Shown one piece after another: positions 8,674-18,933 of a stretch of 64,000 nt of DNA; position 1 is the stretch's first letter, and each line of letters opens with the position of its first letter. The DNA is taken from assembly GCA_963744995.1 (NCBI GenBank), contig CAVUWA010000002.1:608001-672000 (forward strand), given 5' to 3'. Source of the stretch: Candidatus Eiseniibacteriota bacterium (GTDB taxonomy: Bacteria > Eisenbacteria > RBG-16-71-46). A model generated the notes under the pieces. That model saw nothing but the letters and a program-made list of their open reading frames with translations. It ran no database searches and had not been told where the DNA came from. Both the position numbers and the translations under genes were made by a program.

Positions 8674-9915
8674 CTACTCCCCGGACTCCATCCCCGCGGG
8701 CGTGCCGTGGTCCATGGCGGGGGCAGCGCCCGTCGTCGCGTCGCCCTGGACCGGGAGCGCCATGCCGAGCGCCTCGAACTCGGGGGTCGGCGCGCGCAGG
8801 AACAGGCCCGGGATCATCGTGTTGACGATCGTATAGACCACCAGCCCGCCGATCAGCCACGGCGGCGCGGCGAAGCGCTCGCGCAGAATGCTCACGAGCA
8901 CGAGCGTGAAGACCAGCGTGGGCAACAACGGCACGCTGATCCTGAGACTGTCCTTCCACGACTGCTCGTGCATCATGCGGCGCTGGAGGCTGACGAGGAA
9001 CACCCGGGCCGGAATGCCCAGCACGAGGAACACGGCGCCGGCGACCAGACCCTGCCAGCCGAAGTCCTCCGCCCGCAGGGTCAGCCCGGCGTGGAAGAAG
9101 TAGAACGGGACGAACAGCGAGGCGAAAGCCTCCACCGCGTGCAGCATCTTCTCGGACGCCATCGCCGGCAGGTGGGCCCGGAAGTTCTGTGCCGCCATGC
9201 CCACGACGAACGCGCCAACCAGATAATAGACGCCCAGCTCGCGCGTGATGATGGCGCACCCCACGGCGACCATGATGAGGAACGCGAACTCGGACTTGGG
9301 CGCGAACGGGCGGATCCGTTGCGCGAACCAGTGGAACACCAGCGGCAGGAGCGCGATCACCAGTCCGAGTACGATCGCCGACAACGTGAGACGCAGCGCG
9401 GTCTCGGACTGCAGCACGACGAACAGAACTCCCAGCGCGACGATCTCGGACGAGATCGCCTTGGAACGCACCCAGAATTCCTCCCGCTCGTTGAGGCCGA
9501 AGGCGTGCAGCGAGTCGAGGATGAACCCCGTGGACGGCGTGAGCAGCGCGAGCGCCACCAGCGCCGCGGCGCGCGGGCCGAGGCCCGTGAAGCGCCACAC
9601 CAGCCAGGCGACCGCGGCGAGCGACAGCAGGCGGAAAGCCAGATGCACGATCAGGGGGACGGCGGCCTTGCGCAGCTGCGGCAGCTCGACCTCGAGGCCG
9701 GCGAACAGGAACAGCGAGACGATGCCGAACGTGGAGAGCAGCTCGACCGTCGGGTCGTGCGCGAACATCCCCACGGTGAGCGCGAGCCCCACGCCGAGGG
9801 CGAAGCTGGTGATCGCGGTGGGGATGTGCCAGCGCTGCAGCATCCGCGGCAGGATGAACAGCGCGAACAGCAGCGCGATGTAGCTGAATTCGGCTGTGAA
9901 CGTCGGCAGTGTCAT
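8674..9915 (-). CDS. Cation:proton antiporter (CPA2-like)
   Basis: About 12 hydrophobic segments. LFLFAGLEV, VGAFVVG, FVPFYFFHAG. Confidence 0.8.
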   Translation of the reverse strand: MTLPTFTAEFSYIALLFALFILPRMLQRWHIPTAITSFALGVGLALTVGMFAHDPTVELLSTFGIVSLFLFAGLEVELPQLRKAAVPLIVHLAFRLLSLAAVAWLVWRFTGLGPRAAALVALALLTPSTGFILDSLHAFGLNEREEFWVRSKAISSEIVALGVLFVVLQSETALRLTLSAIVLGLVIALLPLVFHWFAQRIRPFAPKSEFAFLIMVAVGCAIITRELGVYYLVGAFVVGMAAQNFRAHLPAMASEKMLHAVEAFASLFVPFYFFHAGLTLRAEDFGWQGLVAGAVFLVLGIPARVFLVSLQRRMMHEQSWKDSLRISVPLLPTLVFTLVLVSILRERFAAPPWLIGGLVVYTIVNTMIPGLFLRAPTPEFEALGMALPVQGDATTGAAPAMDHGTPAGMESGE

Positions 9916-10025
9916 GGGCGCGGATCCTAACCGCGACCCCGCGGCATGTCACTGCGGCGTGCAGCCGGGTGAGGCGCCGGGCCCCCGCGGTCGCGCGCAC
10001 CCCCGCCAGCCGTTATGCTGCCGCC

Positions 10026-10397
10026 ATGCGATGGGGCACGATCGGAGCGATCTCTGCGGCGCTGGCGGTGATCGCGGGCGCGTTCGGAACGCACGGCCTG
10101 CGCGGGCGTCTCGAACCCGACATGCTGGCGGTGTTCGAAACCGGCGCCCGGTATCAGATGTATCACGCGCTTGCGATGATCGCGGCCGGGTTCGCCGCGG
10201 CGCGCGGCGGGCGCGTGGCGGGCGTCGCGGGCGGGCTGTTCCTCGCCGGCACGGTGCTGTTCTCGGGCAGCCTCTACGCGCTCGCGCTCACCGGCGTGCG
10301 GGCGTTCGGCGCGATCACGCCGATCGGCGGACTGTGTTTCATCATGGGCTGGGTCGCGCTGGCGATCGCGCTGGCCGCCTCCGGACGACGGAGTTGA
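10026..10397 (+). CDS. DUF423 (YgdD/TMEM256) membrane protein
   Basis: GAFGTHGL, YQMYHALA, LFSGSLY, GAITPIGG. Confidence 0.9.
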   Translation: MRWGTIGAISAALAVIAGAFGTHGLRGRLEPDMLAVFETGARYQMYHALAMIAAGFAAARGGRVAGVAGGLFLAGTVLFSGSLYALALTGVRAFGAITPIGGLCFIMGWVALAIALAASGRRS

Positions 10398-10437
10398 GCG
10401 CCGTGCGCCGCGTGCTTCGCCCGGAATCCCCTGCCGC

Positions 10438-11016
10438 GTGACGCCCGCCGCGAATCACGCCGACCGCGCCCGCGCGCGCGCGCTGCTCTCGCTCGCACTG
10501 CGGCGCCCGGCGAGCCCGTTCGCCGATCCGCCGCCGCGCGTGCTGATCGTCGATTTCGACCGCCAGCAGCTCTACCTCACCGAGCACGGGGAGGCAGTGA
10601 CCTGCTATCCGGTATCCACCGCCGCGGCGCTCGGCGGCCGCGAGCACTCGAATCTCACGCCGCCGGGCTGGCATCGGGTGCAGCGCGCGATCGGGGCCGG
10701 CGCGCCGGAGGGCACGGTGTTCGAGAGTCGCGAGCCGACCGGCCGCGAGTGGCACGGCGAGCCGGAGGACGCGGACCTGATCCTCACGCGCATCCTCACC
10801 CTGGAAGGGCTCGAGGAAGGGGTCAACCGCGGGCCCGGGGTGGATTCGCTGGAGCGCTACATCTACATCCACGGCACCAATCACCTCGCGCGCCTCGGTG
10901 AGCCGGCCTCGCACGGCTGCGTGCGGATGGCGGGCGCCGACGTGATCGACCTCTTCGGCCGCGTCGCCGCGGGCGATCCGGTGGTGATCCTCGGCGGGGT
11001 CGGCCCCGTTGCCTGA
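10438..11016 (+). CDS. YkuD/L,D-transpeptidase family protein with no obvious signal peptide (ElsL-like)
   Basis: YPVSTA, TPPG, ILTRILTL, RYIYIHGT...SHGCVRM catalytic motif. Confidence 0.85.
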   Translation: MTPAANHADRARARALLSLALRRPASPFADPPPRVLIVDFDRQQLYLTEHGEAVTCYPVSTAAALGGREHSNLTPPGWHRVQRAIGAGAPEGTVFESREPTGREWHGEPEDADLILTRILTLEGLEEGVNRGPGVDSLERYIYIHGTNHLARLGEPASHGCVRMAGADVIDLFGRVAAGDPVVILGGVGPVA

Positions 11017-12445
11017 GCCGCCGCCGCGCCCGGGCACGGAGGCGGAAGCGGCCGCCGCCGGTGAGGCCGCGATCCCCGATCCGCGCGGGCCGGGTCGGTT
11101 CTTCTACGCCGGCCTCGGGGGCAGCGGCATGAGCGCGCTCGCCCAGTTCCAGGTGATGATCGGCGGCCGCGCGAGCGGTAGCGACCGCGCCTTCGATCAC
11201 GGCGAGCGCGGCGCGGCGCGCGGCATGCTCGAGCGGCTCGGTATCACCGTCCACCCTCAGGACGGCAGCGGCCTTACGCAGGAGGTTGCCGCGCTGGTCG
11301 TGTCGACCGCGGTCGAGGACACGGTGCCCGACGTCGCCGCGGCCAGGCGGCTCGGCATTCCGATCGTGCATCGCTCTCACCTGCTCGCGCATTTCGTCGC
11401 GCGCTTCCGCACGATCGCCGTCGCCGGCACCAGCGGCAAGTCCACGGTCGTCGCGATGATCTTCGAGATCCTGCGCGGTACCGGGCGGCGACCGTCGGTG
11501 ATCACCGGTGGCGACCTCGTCGCGCTTCGCGAGGCGGGGCTCTGGGGCAACGCGTTCCACGGCGGCTCGGACCTGCTGGTGGTCGAGGCCGACGAAAGCG
11601 ACGGCTCGCTGGTGCGCTATCGGCCGGCCGTGGCGGTGATCCTCAACCTGCAGAAGGACCACGCGGAAATGGAGAAGGTCCACGCCATGTTCGCGACGTT
11701 TCGCGAACGTGCGCGCGAGCGGGTGGTGACCGGCGAAGGGGCGAGTCTCGCGCGACTCTCCCGCGGCGCCGTCGTGTTCGGCTTCGGCGCCGACGCACAC
11801 GTGCGCGCCGACGGGATGGCGCTCGAGGCGGACAGCAGTCGCTTCTTCGTGGACGGCGTCGAGTTCCGGCTGCCGGTCCCGGGCCGCTACAACGTGGAGA
11901 ACGCGCTCGCCGCGATCGCCGCGTGCCGCGCGGTGGGCGTCGCGCTCGAAGACATGGCCGCGCCGCTCGCCGCATTCCAGGGCGTCGGCCGCCGTTTCCA
12001 GTCGCTCGGCGTCGTGCGCGGCGTCGAGGTGATCGACGATTTCGCGCACAACCCGGCCAAGATCTGCGCGGCGATCGAGACCGCCCGGCGCCGCGCCGCG
12101 CGCGTGATCGCCGTGTTCCAGCCGCACGGCTACGGGCCGACGCGCTTTCTGTGGTACGACTTCGTCGAGGCGTTCGCCACCGCGCTCGGCCCCGCCGACC
12201 GTCTGTGGATGCTGGAGGTGTTCTACGCCGGCGGCTCGGCCCGGCGGGATTTCTCCGCCGCCGACATCGTCGCCGACATCGCGGCGCGCGGGGTTCGTGC
12301 GGCGTTCGCGCCGTCGCGCGCAGGGCTCGCCGCACGCATCGCCGCGGAGGCCGAAGCGGGCGACCTGGTGATCGTCATGGGCGCACGCGACCCGAGCCTG
12401 ACCGACTTCGCACGCGAAATCCTGGCCGCACTCGCGTCCGCCTGA
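11009..12445 (+). CDS. Mur ligase (MurC/Mpl-like)
   Basis: GLGGSGMSALA, AGTSGKST P-loop, VEADESDGS, GVGRRF, DDFAHNP, FQPH. The TTG start overlaps the upstream gene and is uncertain. Confidence 0.85.
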   Translation: MPEPPPRPGTEAEAAAAGEAAIPDPRGPGRFFYAGLGGSGMSALAQFQVMIGGRASGSDRAFDHGERGAARGMLERLGITVHPQDGSGLTQEVAALVVSTAVEDTVPDVAAARRLGIPIVHRSHLLAHFVARFRTIAVAGTSGKSTVVAMIFEILRGTGRRPSVITGGDLVALREAGLWGNAFHGGSDLLVVEADESDGSLVRYRPAVAVILNLQKDHAEMEKVHAMFATFRERARERVVTGEGASLARLSRGAVVFGFGADAHVRADGMALEADSSRFFVDGVEFRLPVPGRYNVENALAAIAACRAVGVALEDMAAPLAAFQGVGRRFQSLGVVRGVEVIDDFAHNPAKICAAIETARRRAARVIAVFQPHGYGPTRFLWYDFVEAFATALGPADRLWMLEVFYAGGSARRDFSAADIVADIAARGVRAAFAPSRAGLAARIAAEAEAGDLVIVMGARDPSLTDFAREILAALASA

Positions 12446-12494
12446 GACGCGCATCCGACGGCGCATGCCGCCGCCACCCAGAAGGAGCATGGCC

Positions 12495-13445
12495 ATGGCC
12501 GAACTGCACGTCGTCTTCGGCGCCGGACAGGTGGGCGAGCCGCTCGCCCGGCGCCTGCTGGAGGCGGGACGCCGCGTCCGCATCGCGAAGCGCTCACCGA
12601 CGTCCGCCGTGCCCGGCGCGGAAGTCGTGCCCGGCGACGCTACCGACCCCGTGTTCTGCACGCAGGCGGCGGAAGGCGCGGCCGCCGTCTACCACTGCAT
12701 GAATCCACCGGCCTACGACTCGAAGCTCTGGGCCGAGTTCCTGCCGCGCACCATGGAGAACCTGATCGCCGCGGCGGGTGCGGCCGGGGCGCGACTGGTG
12801 GTGCTCGACAACCTCTACATGCTCGGGAAGCCGGACGGCAAGCCGCTCGACGAAGAGCGGCCGATGAACCCGTGCAGCCGCAAGGGTGCGATCCGTGCGC
12901 GCGTCGCGGAGCGGTTGTTCGCGGCGCACGCGAAAGGGGAGGTGCAGGCGGTGTCGGGACGCGCGTCCGACTACTACGGGCCCAACGCGCGGCTCGCGTT
13001 CATGGGCGACTACTTCTGGCCGGACGTGCTCGCCGGGAAGACGGTACGCGTGCCGGTGGGCCCGGACGCGGTGCACACGTACCACTACGTCCCGGACGTC
13101 GTGGAAGGATTGATGGCGCTCGGCACCGCCGGGAGCGACGTCTGCGGGCGCCCGTGGATGCTGCCGTGCGCGCCGGCGGTCTCATTGCGCGAGCACGTGA
13201 AGCGCTTCGAGAAGCATCTCGGCCGGCCCATCGAGCTCGGCCGGGTGCCGGACTGGATCATGAACGCGATGGCGCTCTTCATGCCGCTGCTGCGCGAGAT
13301 GGCGGAAATGCGCTACCAGTGGGAAGAGCCGTTCGTCGTGGACGACCGCCGCTTCCGCGAGCGCTTCGGCGCACGGCCCGCCGACGTCGACGAGGCGGCG
13401 CGGACGACGGTCGCATGGGCGCAGCGGCACTACGCCCGGGCCTGA
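12495..13445 (+). CDS. NAD-dependent epimerase/dehydratase family protein
   Basis: GAAGGAG RBS. VFGAGQVG, DNLYM, SRKG, RASDYYGP. Confidence 0.85.
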   Translation: MAELHVVFGAGQVGEPLARRLLEAGRRVRIAKRSPTSAVPGAEVVPGDATDPVFCTQAAEGAAAVYHCMNPPAYDSKLWAEFLPRTMENLIAAAGAAGARLVVLDNLYMLGKPDGKPLDEERPMNPCSRKGAIRARVAERLFAAHAKGEVQAVSGRASDYYGPNARLAFMGDYFWPDVLAGKTVRVPVGPDAVHTYHYVPDVVEGLMALGTAGSDVCGRPWMLPCAPAVSLREHVKRFEKHLGRPIELGRVPDWIMNAMALFMPLLREMAEMRYQWEEPFVVDDRRFRERFGARPADVDEAARTTVAWAQRHYARA

Positions 13446-13455
13446 TTCCTCGCGG

Positions 13456-16113
13456 CTATTGCGGCGTCAGCGCCGCCCGCCAGTTCTGGACGATCGTAAA
13501 GGGGTTCTGCTGCTGCCCCGCGGCGGGCCCGAGGGCGGCGTAGATCCGGTCCAGGTTCGCGTTGACGTCCCCCTGTTCGATGCGGCGCTGTTCCTCCGTC
13601 TGCGGTCCCGTCGCCAGGGGCGTGACGCGCTCGACCCGCACGCCGTCGTCGAACGACAGATGCGCGACCGCGGGCGGACCCTCCGGGGAGAAGAAGACGA
13701 TCCGGCGGCCGGTCGCATCCCACAGGTTGTTCATGTTGCTCGTGTTGGACACCAGATAGCGTGGCCCGGGCGTCGGAAACGCCTGGACGTAGAGCTGCGG
13801 ACGGCCGGCTTCGAGGGTCACGTACGACATCCAGCGACCGTCCGGCGAGACCTGGCCGCCGAACTCGTCGTAGGCACTGCCGGCGTAGACTCTCGCCTCG
13901 CCCTCGCCGTCTGCGGCGAGGATCCACAGATCCCAGCCGGTCTTCTCGCTCAGGATCTGGGCGACCACGTAGCGGCCATCGGGGGACCAGGAATTGGCGG
14001 CCTTCACGGTCGCCACGGGACTCTCCAGCACGCGTGCCGGGCCGCCGTTCGGCGACTGCGTCACGATCTCCCACCGATCGTTGACGATCGCGGGGTAGGC
14101 GAGCATGGCGCCGTCGGCCGACCATGCCGCCCGGTCCAGACCCGCGTTCGGTTCGGTGAGCCGCTGCGCTCCGCCGCGATCGAGATCGATGACCCAGAGC
14201 TCCCACTCGCTCGGCGCCGTCTCCCGCACGGCGGCGAGCCGCGTTTCGTCCGGGGACACCGTGAGCGCCGTGTAGTGGCCCGATGGCGCGGAGATCGTCC
14301 GCAGCCGGTGTCCTGCACGATCCAGCACCACGAGCTCGGTGTTCTGCAGCCCGCCGCTCTGGTAGGCCAGCGGCCCCGCGCGCGACACCAAGACCCGCGA
14401 TGCGCCCAGGTAGTTCGTGGTCGCGGGCTGATCCACGAGCTTCATGACCTGCTCGCCGAGCCTGCGCCTCGCGGCGTCGAAATGTTGCGCGAGCACGCGC
14501 CCGTGACGCGTGTAGACGAGCCAGCCGGGCTCGGCGTAGCGCGGCACACCGTCCGCGGACATCAGGAACTCGCGGGTCTTCCCGCCGGTCGAGCCCACGT
14601 AGATATCGAAACCCGCTGCGCGCTTCGGCAGGGCGGCGTAAAGGAAATGTACGCCGTCCGGCAGAAACTCGGGGAAGCGGTGCGCGGTTTCCGCCGAGTC
14701 CAGCGTCGTGACCGCTCTGGCGGGTCCGCCGTTCGCGTCCACCTCGTAGAGCGGTCCTTCGCCCGACGGCGCGAAGACGATGACGCCGCGGCTGCCCCAG
14801 CTGATGCCGCGGCCGCCGCTGCGGGCGTCGGCCAGCGTCTGGGGCGCGCCGCCCTGCAGGTCCAGGCGCATGAGCTTCTCGTTGTTCGCGTAGGCGATCG
14901 ACCTGCCATCCGGCGACCACGCCGGGATCTGCGCCTGCCCGGTACCCGGCAGGCGGCGGGCCACGGTCTGATCGAGCCCCTGCACCCACAGCGCGGCGGG
15001 GCCGCTCGAGTCGAAGCACGAGAAGGCGATCATGCGGCCATCGGGGGAGAGGCTTGCGAAGGCGGGCTCGCGCAGCTGCGTCAGACCGGCGGGCGGCAGG
15101 AGGCTCAGGCGCGTGACCGGCGCGTCGGCCGGCGGGGTGGCCATCAGGCGCCAGGCGAGCGCGACGCTGGTCACGGCGAACAGCGCAGCCAGCGCCCAGG
15201 CCAGCACGGGCCGCCGTCTCGCGGCCGCCGCGGCAGCGATCCCGCCGATGCCCGAGATCGGCTCGTGCGGCGCCTCGAGGGCAAGCCGCGCCTCGCCGAT
15301 GTCGCGCAGGCGGCGCTTCGCGTCCTTCTCGAGGCAGCGCTCGAGCAGCGCGCGCACCCTCGGCGGCGTGTCCGCGGGCAGGGCCTTCCAGTCGGGCGCG
15401 CCCTGCAGTATGAGCGCGATCAAGTCCGACACCGTCTCGCCCTCGAACGCGCGCCGGCCCGTCAGGCACTCGTACAGCACGCAGCCGAACGACCAGATGT
15501 CCGTGCGCCGGTCCACCGCCCTGCCGCGCGCCTGCTCGGGACTCATGTAGGCCGCCGTGCCGAGGATCACGCCCGCGCCGGTCGCGGTCACGGCCATGGT
15601 GGGGGACTGGCTGAGGTCGCTCACCGAGGACGCGCTCGCCGCCGCACCCTTGGCGAGACCGAAGTCCAGGACCTTCACTTCGCCGGTCGGTGTGATCTTC
15701 ACGTTGCCGGGCTTCAGGTCGCGGTGCACGACGCCCGACTCATGCGCGACCTCGAGCGCCGCGGCGGTCTGGCGGCAGATCTCCGCCGTGTCGTCGACGG
15801 GGATCGCGCCGCGCGCGATGCGGTCCGCCAGCGTCTCGCCCGGGACGTACTCGAGCACCAGGTAGCGCTGGCCGTCCTGCTCTTCGAGGCCGTGGATGCC
15901 GGCGATGTTGGGGTGCGAGAGCGACGCCAGCAGGCGGGCTTCGCGCTCGAAGCGCTGCACGCGCTCGGGGTCGCGCGCGAACAGCTCGGGCAGCGCCTTG
16001 ATCGCGACTTCGCGGCCGAGGCGTGGATCGCGACCGAGGTAGACCACGCCCATGCCGCCGCGGCCGATCTCGCGCTCGACCGTGTAGGGGCCGATACGGG
16101 AAGGCGCGCTCAC
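13456..16113 (-). CDS. Hanks-type Ser/Thr protein kinase with TM helix and TolB/PD40 beta-propeller (copy A)
   Basis: GRGGMG, VAIK, HRDLKPGN, DFG, YMSPEQ. One TM segment. Repeated SPDG motifs. Confidence 0.93.
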   Translation of the reverse strand: MSAPSRIGPYTVEREIGRGGMGVVYLGRDPRLGREVAIKALPELFARDPERVQRFEREARLLASLSHPNIAGIHGLEEQDGQRYLVLEYVPGETLADRIARGAIPVDDTAEICRQTAAALEVAHESGVVHRDLKPGNVKITPTGEVKVLDFGLAKGAAASASSVSDLSQSPTMAVTATGAGVILGTAAYMSPEQARGRAVDRRTDIWSFGCVLYECLTGRRAFEGETVSDLIALILQGAPDWKALPADTPPRVRALLERCLEKDAKRRLRDIGEARLALEAPHEPISGIGGIAAAAAARRRPVLAWALAALFAVTSVALAWRLMATPPADAPVTRLSLLPPAGLTQLREPAFASLSPDGRMIAFSCFDSSGPAALWVQGLDQTVARRLPGTGQAQIPAWSPDGRSIAYANNEKLMRLDLQGGAPQTLADARSGGRGISWGSRGVIVFAPSGEGPLYEVDANGGPARAVTTLDSAETAHRFPEFLPDGVHFLYAALPKRAAGFDIYVGSTGGKTREFLMSADGVPRYAEPGWLVYTRHGRVLAQHFDAARRRLGEQVMKLVDQPATTNYLGASRVLVSRAGPLAYQSGGLQNTELVVLDRAGHRLRTISAPSGHYTALTVSPDETRLAAVRETAPSEWELWVIDLDRGGAQRLTEPNAGLDRAAWSADGAMLAYPAIVNDRWEIVTQSPNGGPARVLESPVATVKAANSWSPDGRYVVAQILSEKTGWDLWILAADGEGEARVYAGSAYDEFGGQVSPDGRWMSYVTLEAGRPQLYVQAFPTPGPRYLVSNTSNMNNLWDATGRRIVFFSPEGPPAVAHLSFDDGVRVERVTPLATGPQTEEQRRIEQGDVNANLDRIYAALGPAAGQQQNPFTIVQNWRAALTPQ

Positions 16114-16146
16114 GAGGGGAAGACCGGGGCGGCCGGGTGCGGGGAA

Positions 16147-16175
16147 CGAAGCATGCGCGGCATCCTACCGCAGAT
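16147..16175. repeat. 29-bp exact direct repeat, copy 1 (kinase upstream region, contains TAGGAT on the minus strand)
   Basis: cgaagcatgcgcggcatcctaccgcagat, identical to 18905-18933. Confidence 0.9.
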
Positions 16176-16213
16176 CCGCGGCACGAGGCGACGCCGCGAG
16201 CCGCGCACCCCGC

Positions 16214-18871
16214 CTATTGCGGTTCCAGCGCGGACCGCCAGTGGAGGACCACCGTGTAGGGGTGCAGATCGTCCGTCGAGCCGGTTTCGATCGACGCGTA
16301 TACGCGGTCGAAGTCGGGACCGGCGGCAGCCGACACGATGTGCTGCACGTCCTCCGTCACCGGGTTCTGGAACAGTCCCACCGGGTGCTCCGTGCGTACG
16401 CCGTCGTCGAACCGCACGTCCATGATGACGGCCCCGCGCGTCACGCGAAGCAGCAGGCGTCGCCCGTCGCGGCTCCACCATGCTTCCTTCCCCCCGTTCG
16501 GCGAGACCAGATAGCGCGTCCCGGGATCGGGAAACGACTGGACGTAGACCTCGTCGCGCCCCGACTGGTTCGAGGTGTACGCCACCCACTTCCCATCGGG
16601 CGAGAAGCTCGGCCCGTGCTCGTCGAACGGGGTCGCGATGTAACGTCTTGCCTCGCGGCCATCGACCGGGAAGTCCCACAGATCCCAGCCGGTCGTGTCG
16701 TTCAACAGGTAACCGATCAGATCCCGGCCGTCCGGGGACCATGACGACACGTACTTGAAACTCGCCTCCGGCGTGGGCAGGACGCGCGATGTCCCGCCGG
16801 CGACGGATTGCACGACGATCTCCCGGCGCCCGCGGTCCGAGGTGCTGTAGGCGATCTGCGAGCCGTCCGGAGACCACACGGGGTAGAAAGGGACCTGGGC
16901 TCCCGACGTGAGCCGCTGCACGCCGGGGCGGTCGAGCCAGAAGCTCCACAGATCCGCTTCCGTCGAAGTTCTCTGCACGGCCGCCAGCTTCGTCCCGTCC
17001 CGCGAAATGGAGAGCATGTCATAACGCCCTTCGGGGACCGGGATGGTCCTGATCCGGTGTCCCGCGCGATCGAGCTCGACCACCGCGGTGTTGACCAGGT
17101 CGTTCACCTGGTAGGCCAGCGCGCCGGTCCTGGAGACCAGCAGCGATGGTGCGCCCATATAGACGGTCCCTCCGGGCGCGTCGACGAGCGACATGACGGG
17201 CCCTTCCAGCCTCCGCTTTCCGGGGTCGAAACGCCGGGCCAGGACGCCACCGCCGTTCGTGTACAGCAGCCATCCGGGCTCGGCGTAGCGCGGCGTACCG
17301 TCGCAACGCATCAACCGCTCGCGCGTGTCGTCCTCCGTGGAGCCGATGGAACTGTCGAGACCCTGTCCCCGTCCCGGCACCGACACGTAGATGAAGTGAA
17401 TCCCGTCCGGCAGGAACTCTGGAAAGCGATGCGCCGTCTCGGTCGAGTCGAGGGTCGTCACCTTCCTGGCCGTTCCGCCCTCTGCGCTCACCGCGAGCAG
17501 CGGCCCGGCGCCGCCGGGTGCGAAGACGATGACGCCGCGGCTGCCCCAGCTCAGGCCGCGCCCGCTGTTGCTGACGGCGGCCAGCATGCGTGGCGCCCCG
17601 CCGCGCAGATCGAGGCGCATGAGTTTGTCCTGGGTCGTGTAGGCGATGGAGCGACCATCGGGCGCCCAGGCGGACATCGCCGCGCCCTCCGTGCCCTCCA
17701 GCCGATGCGGCGCGGGGTCGCCGAGGGAGCGAATCCACAGACCGGGCGGCTGGTTCGGCGCGGCGCACGCGAACGCGATGGTACGGCCGTCGGGGGACAG
17801 GCTGGCATTCACGGGTTCTTTGCTGAAGGCGATGCCCGGTGGTGGCATCACCGAGAGGCGGATCGCCGCAGGTCTTGCGGTGGGCCTCGCCAGCAGGAGT
17901 CCGGCGAGCACGGCGCAGGTCACCGCCAGCGCGCCGGTCAGCGACCACCAGACGAATCTGCGACCCCTCGTGTGCTGCGGTGTCGTCGGGGCCGTCCAGT
18001 GGAGCCCCGAGATCGGCTCATGGGGGGCATCGAGTGCCAGGCGGGCTTCGCCGATGTCGCGGAGCCGCTTCTTCGGATCCTTCTCGAAACAGCGCTCGAG
18101 CAGCGCCTGCACCCTGGGCGGCGTGTCCGCCGGCAGCGCCTTCCAGTCCGGCGAGCCCTGCAGTATCTGCGCGATCAGGTCCGACGCCGTTTCGCCCTCG
18201 AATGCGCGCCGGGCCGTCAGGCACTCGTACAGCACGCAGCCGAACGACCAGATGTCGGTGCGCCGGTCGAGCGGTTTCCCGCGCGCCTGCTCCGGGCTCA
18301 TGTAGGCCGCGGTGCCGAGGATGATTCCGGATCCGGTGGCGGTCACCGCCACCGTCGGCGACTGGCTCATGTCGCTCGCCGATCCCGAGTTCGCAGCGGC
18401 GGCCCCTTTCGCGAGCCCGAAGTCGAGCACCTTCACCTCGCCTGCAGGCGTGATCTTCACGTTCCCGGGCTTGAGGTCACGGTGGATGATTCCCGATTCG
18501 TGCGCCGCCTCCAGCGCCGCGGCGATCTGCCGGCACACGTCGGCCACGTCGTCCACGGGCAGCGGGCCGCGCGCGATGCGCTCGGCAAGCGTCTCGCCCG
18601 GTACGTATTCGAGCACCAGGTAGCGCTGGCCGTCCTGCTCCTCGAGCCCGTGGATGCCGGCGATGTTGGGGTGCGAGAGCGAGGCGAGCAGGCGTGCCTC
18701 GCGTTCGAAGCGCTGCACCCGCTCCGGGTCGCGCGCGAACAGCTCCGGCAGCATCTTGATCGCGACTTCCCGGCCGAGACGCGGGTCGCGGCCGAGGTAG
18801 ACGACCCCCATGCCCCCGCGCCCGACCTCGCGCTCGACCGTGTAGGGACCGATGCGGGAAGGGGCGCTCAT
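16214..18871 (-). CDS. Hanks-type Ser/Thr protein kinase with TM helix and TolB/PD40 beta-propeller (copy B)
   Basis: Same motifs as copy A and also 885 aa. Kinase domain nearly identical to copy A. Confidence 0.93.
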   Translation of the reverse strand: MSAPSRIGPYTVEREVGRGGMGVVYLGRDPRLGREVAIKMLPELFARDPERVQRFEREARLLASLSHPNIAGIHGLEEQDGQRYLVLEYVPGETLAERIARGPLPVDDVADVCRQIAAALEAAHESGIIHRDLKPGNVKITPAGEVKVLDFGLAKGAAAANSGSASDMSQSPTVAVTATGSGIILGTAAYMSPEQARGKPLDRRTDIWSFGCVLYECLTARRAFEGETASDLIAQILQGSPDWKALPADTPPRVQALLERCFEKDPKKRLRDIGEARLALDAPHEPISGLHWTAPTTPQHTRGRRFVWWSLTGALAVTCAVLAGLLLARPTARPAAIRLSVMPPPGIAFSKEPVNASLSPDGRTIAFACAAPNQPPGLWIRSLGDPAPHRLEGTEGAAMSAWAPDGRSIAYTTQDKLMRLDLRGGAPRMLAAVSNSGRGLSWGSRGVIVFAPGGAGPLLAVSAEGGTARKVTTLDSTETAHRFPEFLPDGIHFIYVSVPGRGQGLDSSIGSTEDDTRERLMRCDGTPRYAEPGWLLYTNGGGVLARRFDPGKRRLEGPVMSLVDAPGGTVYMGAPSLLVSRTGALAYQVNDLVNTAVVELDRAGHRIRTIPVPEGRYDMLSISRDGTKLAAVQRTSTEADLWSFWLDRPGVQRLTSGAQVPFYPVWSPDGSQIAYSTSDRGRREIVVQSVAGGTSRVLPTPEASFKYVSSWSPDGRDLIGYLLNDTTGWDLWDFPVDGREARRYIATPFDEHGPSFSPDGKWVAYTSNQSGRDEVYVQSFPDPGTRYLVSPNGGKEAWWSRDGRRLLLRVTRGAVIMDVRFDDGVRTEHPVGLFQNPVTEDVQHIVSAAAGPDFDRVYASIETGSTDDLHPYTVVLHWRSALEPQ

Positions 18872-18904
18872 GAAGGGGATGCCGGGGCGAACGGGCGCCG
18901 GGAG

Positions 18905-18933
18905 CGAAGCATGCGCGGCATCCTACCGCAGAT
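18905..18933. repeat. 29-bp exact direct repeat, copy 2
   Basis: Identical to 16147-16175 and at the same distance from the kinase start codon. Confidence 0.9.

Noticed and set aside
13456..18933. Kinase repeats as a diversity-generating retroelement or CRISPR-like array
   Set aside because: No reverse transcriptase, no adenine-specific TR/VR pair, and only two copies of the 29-bp repeat. Gene duplication explains it.
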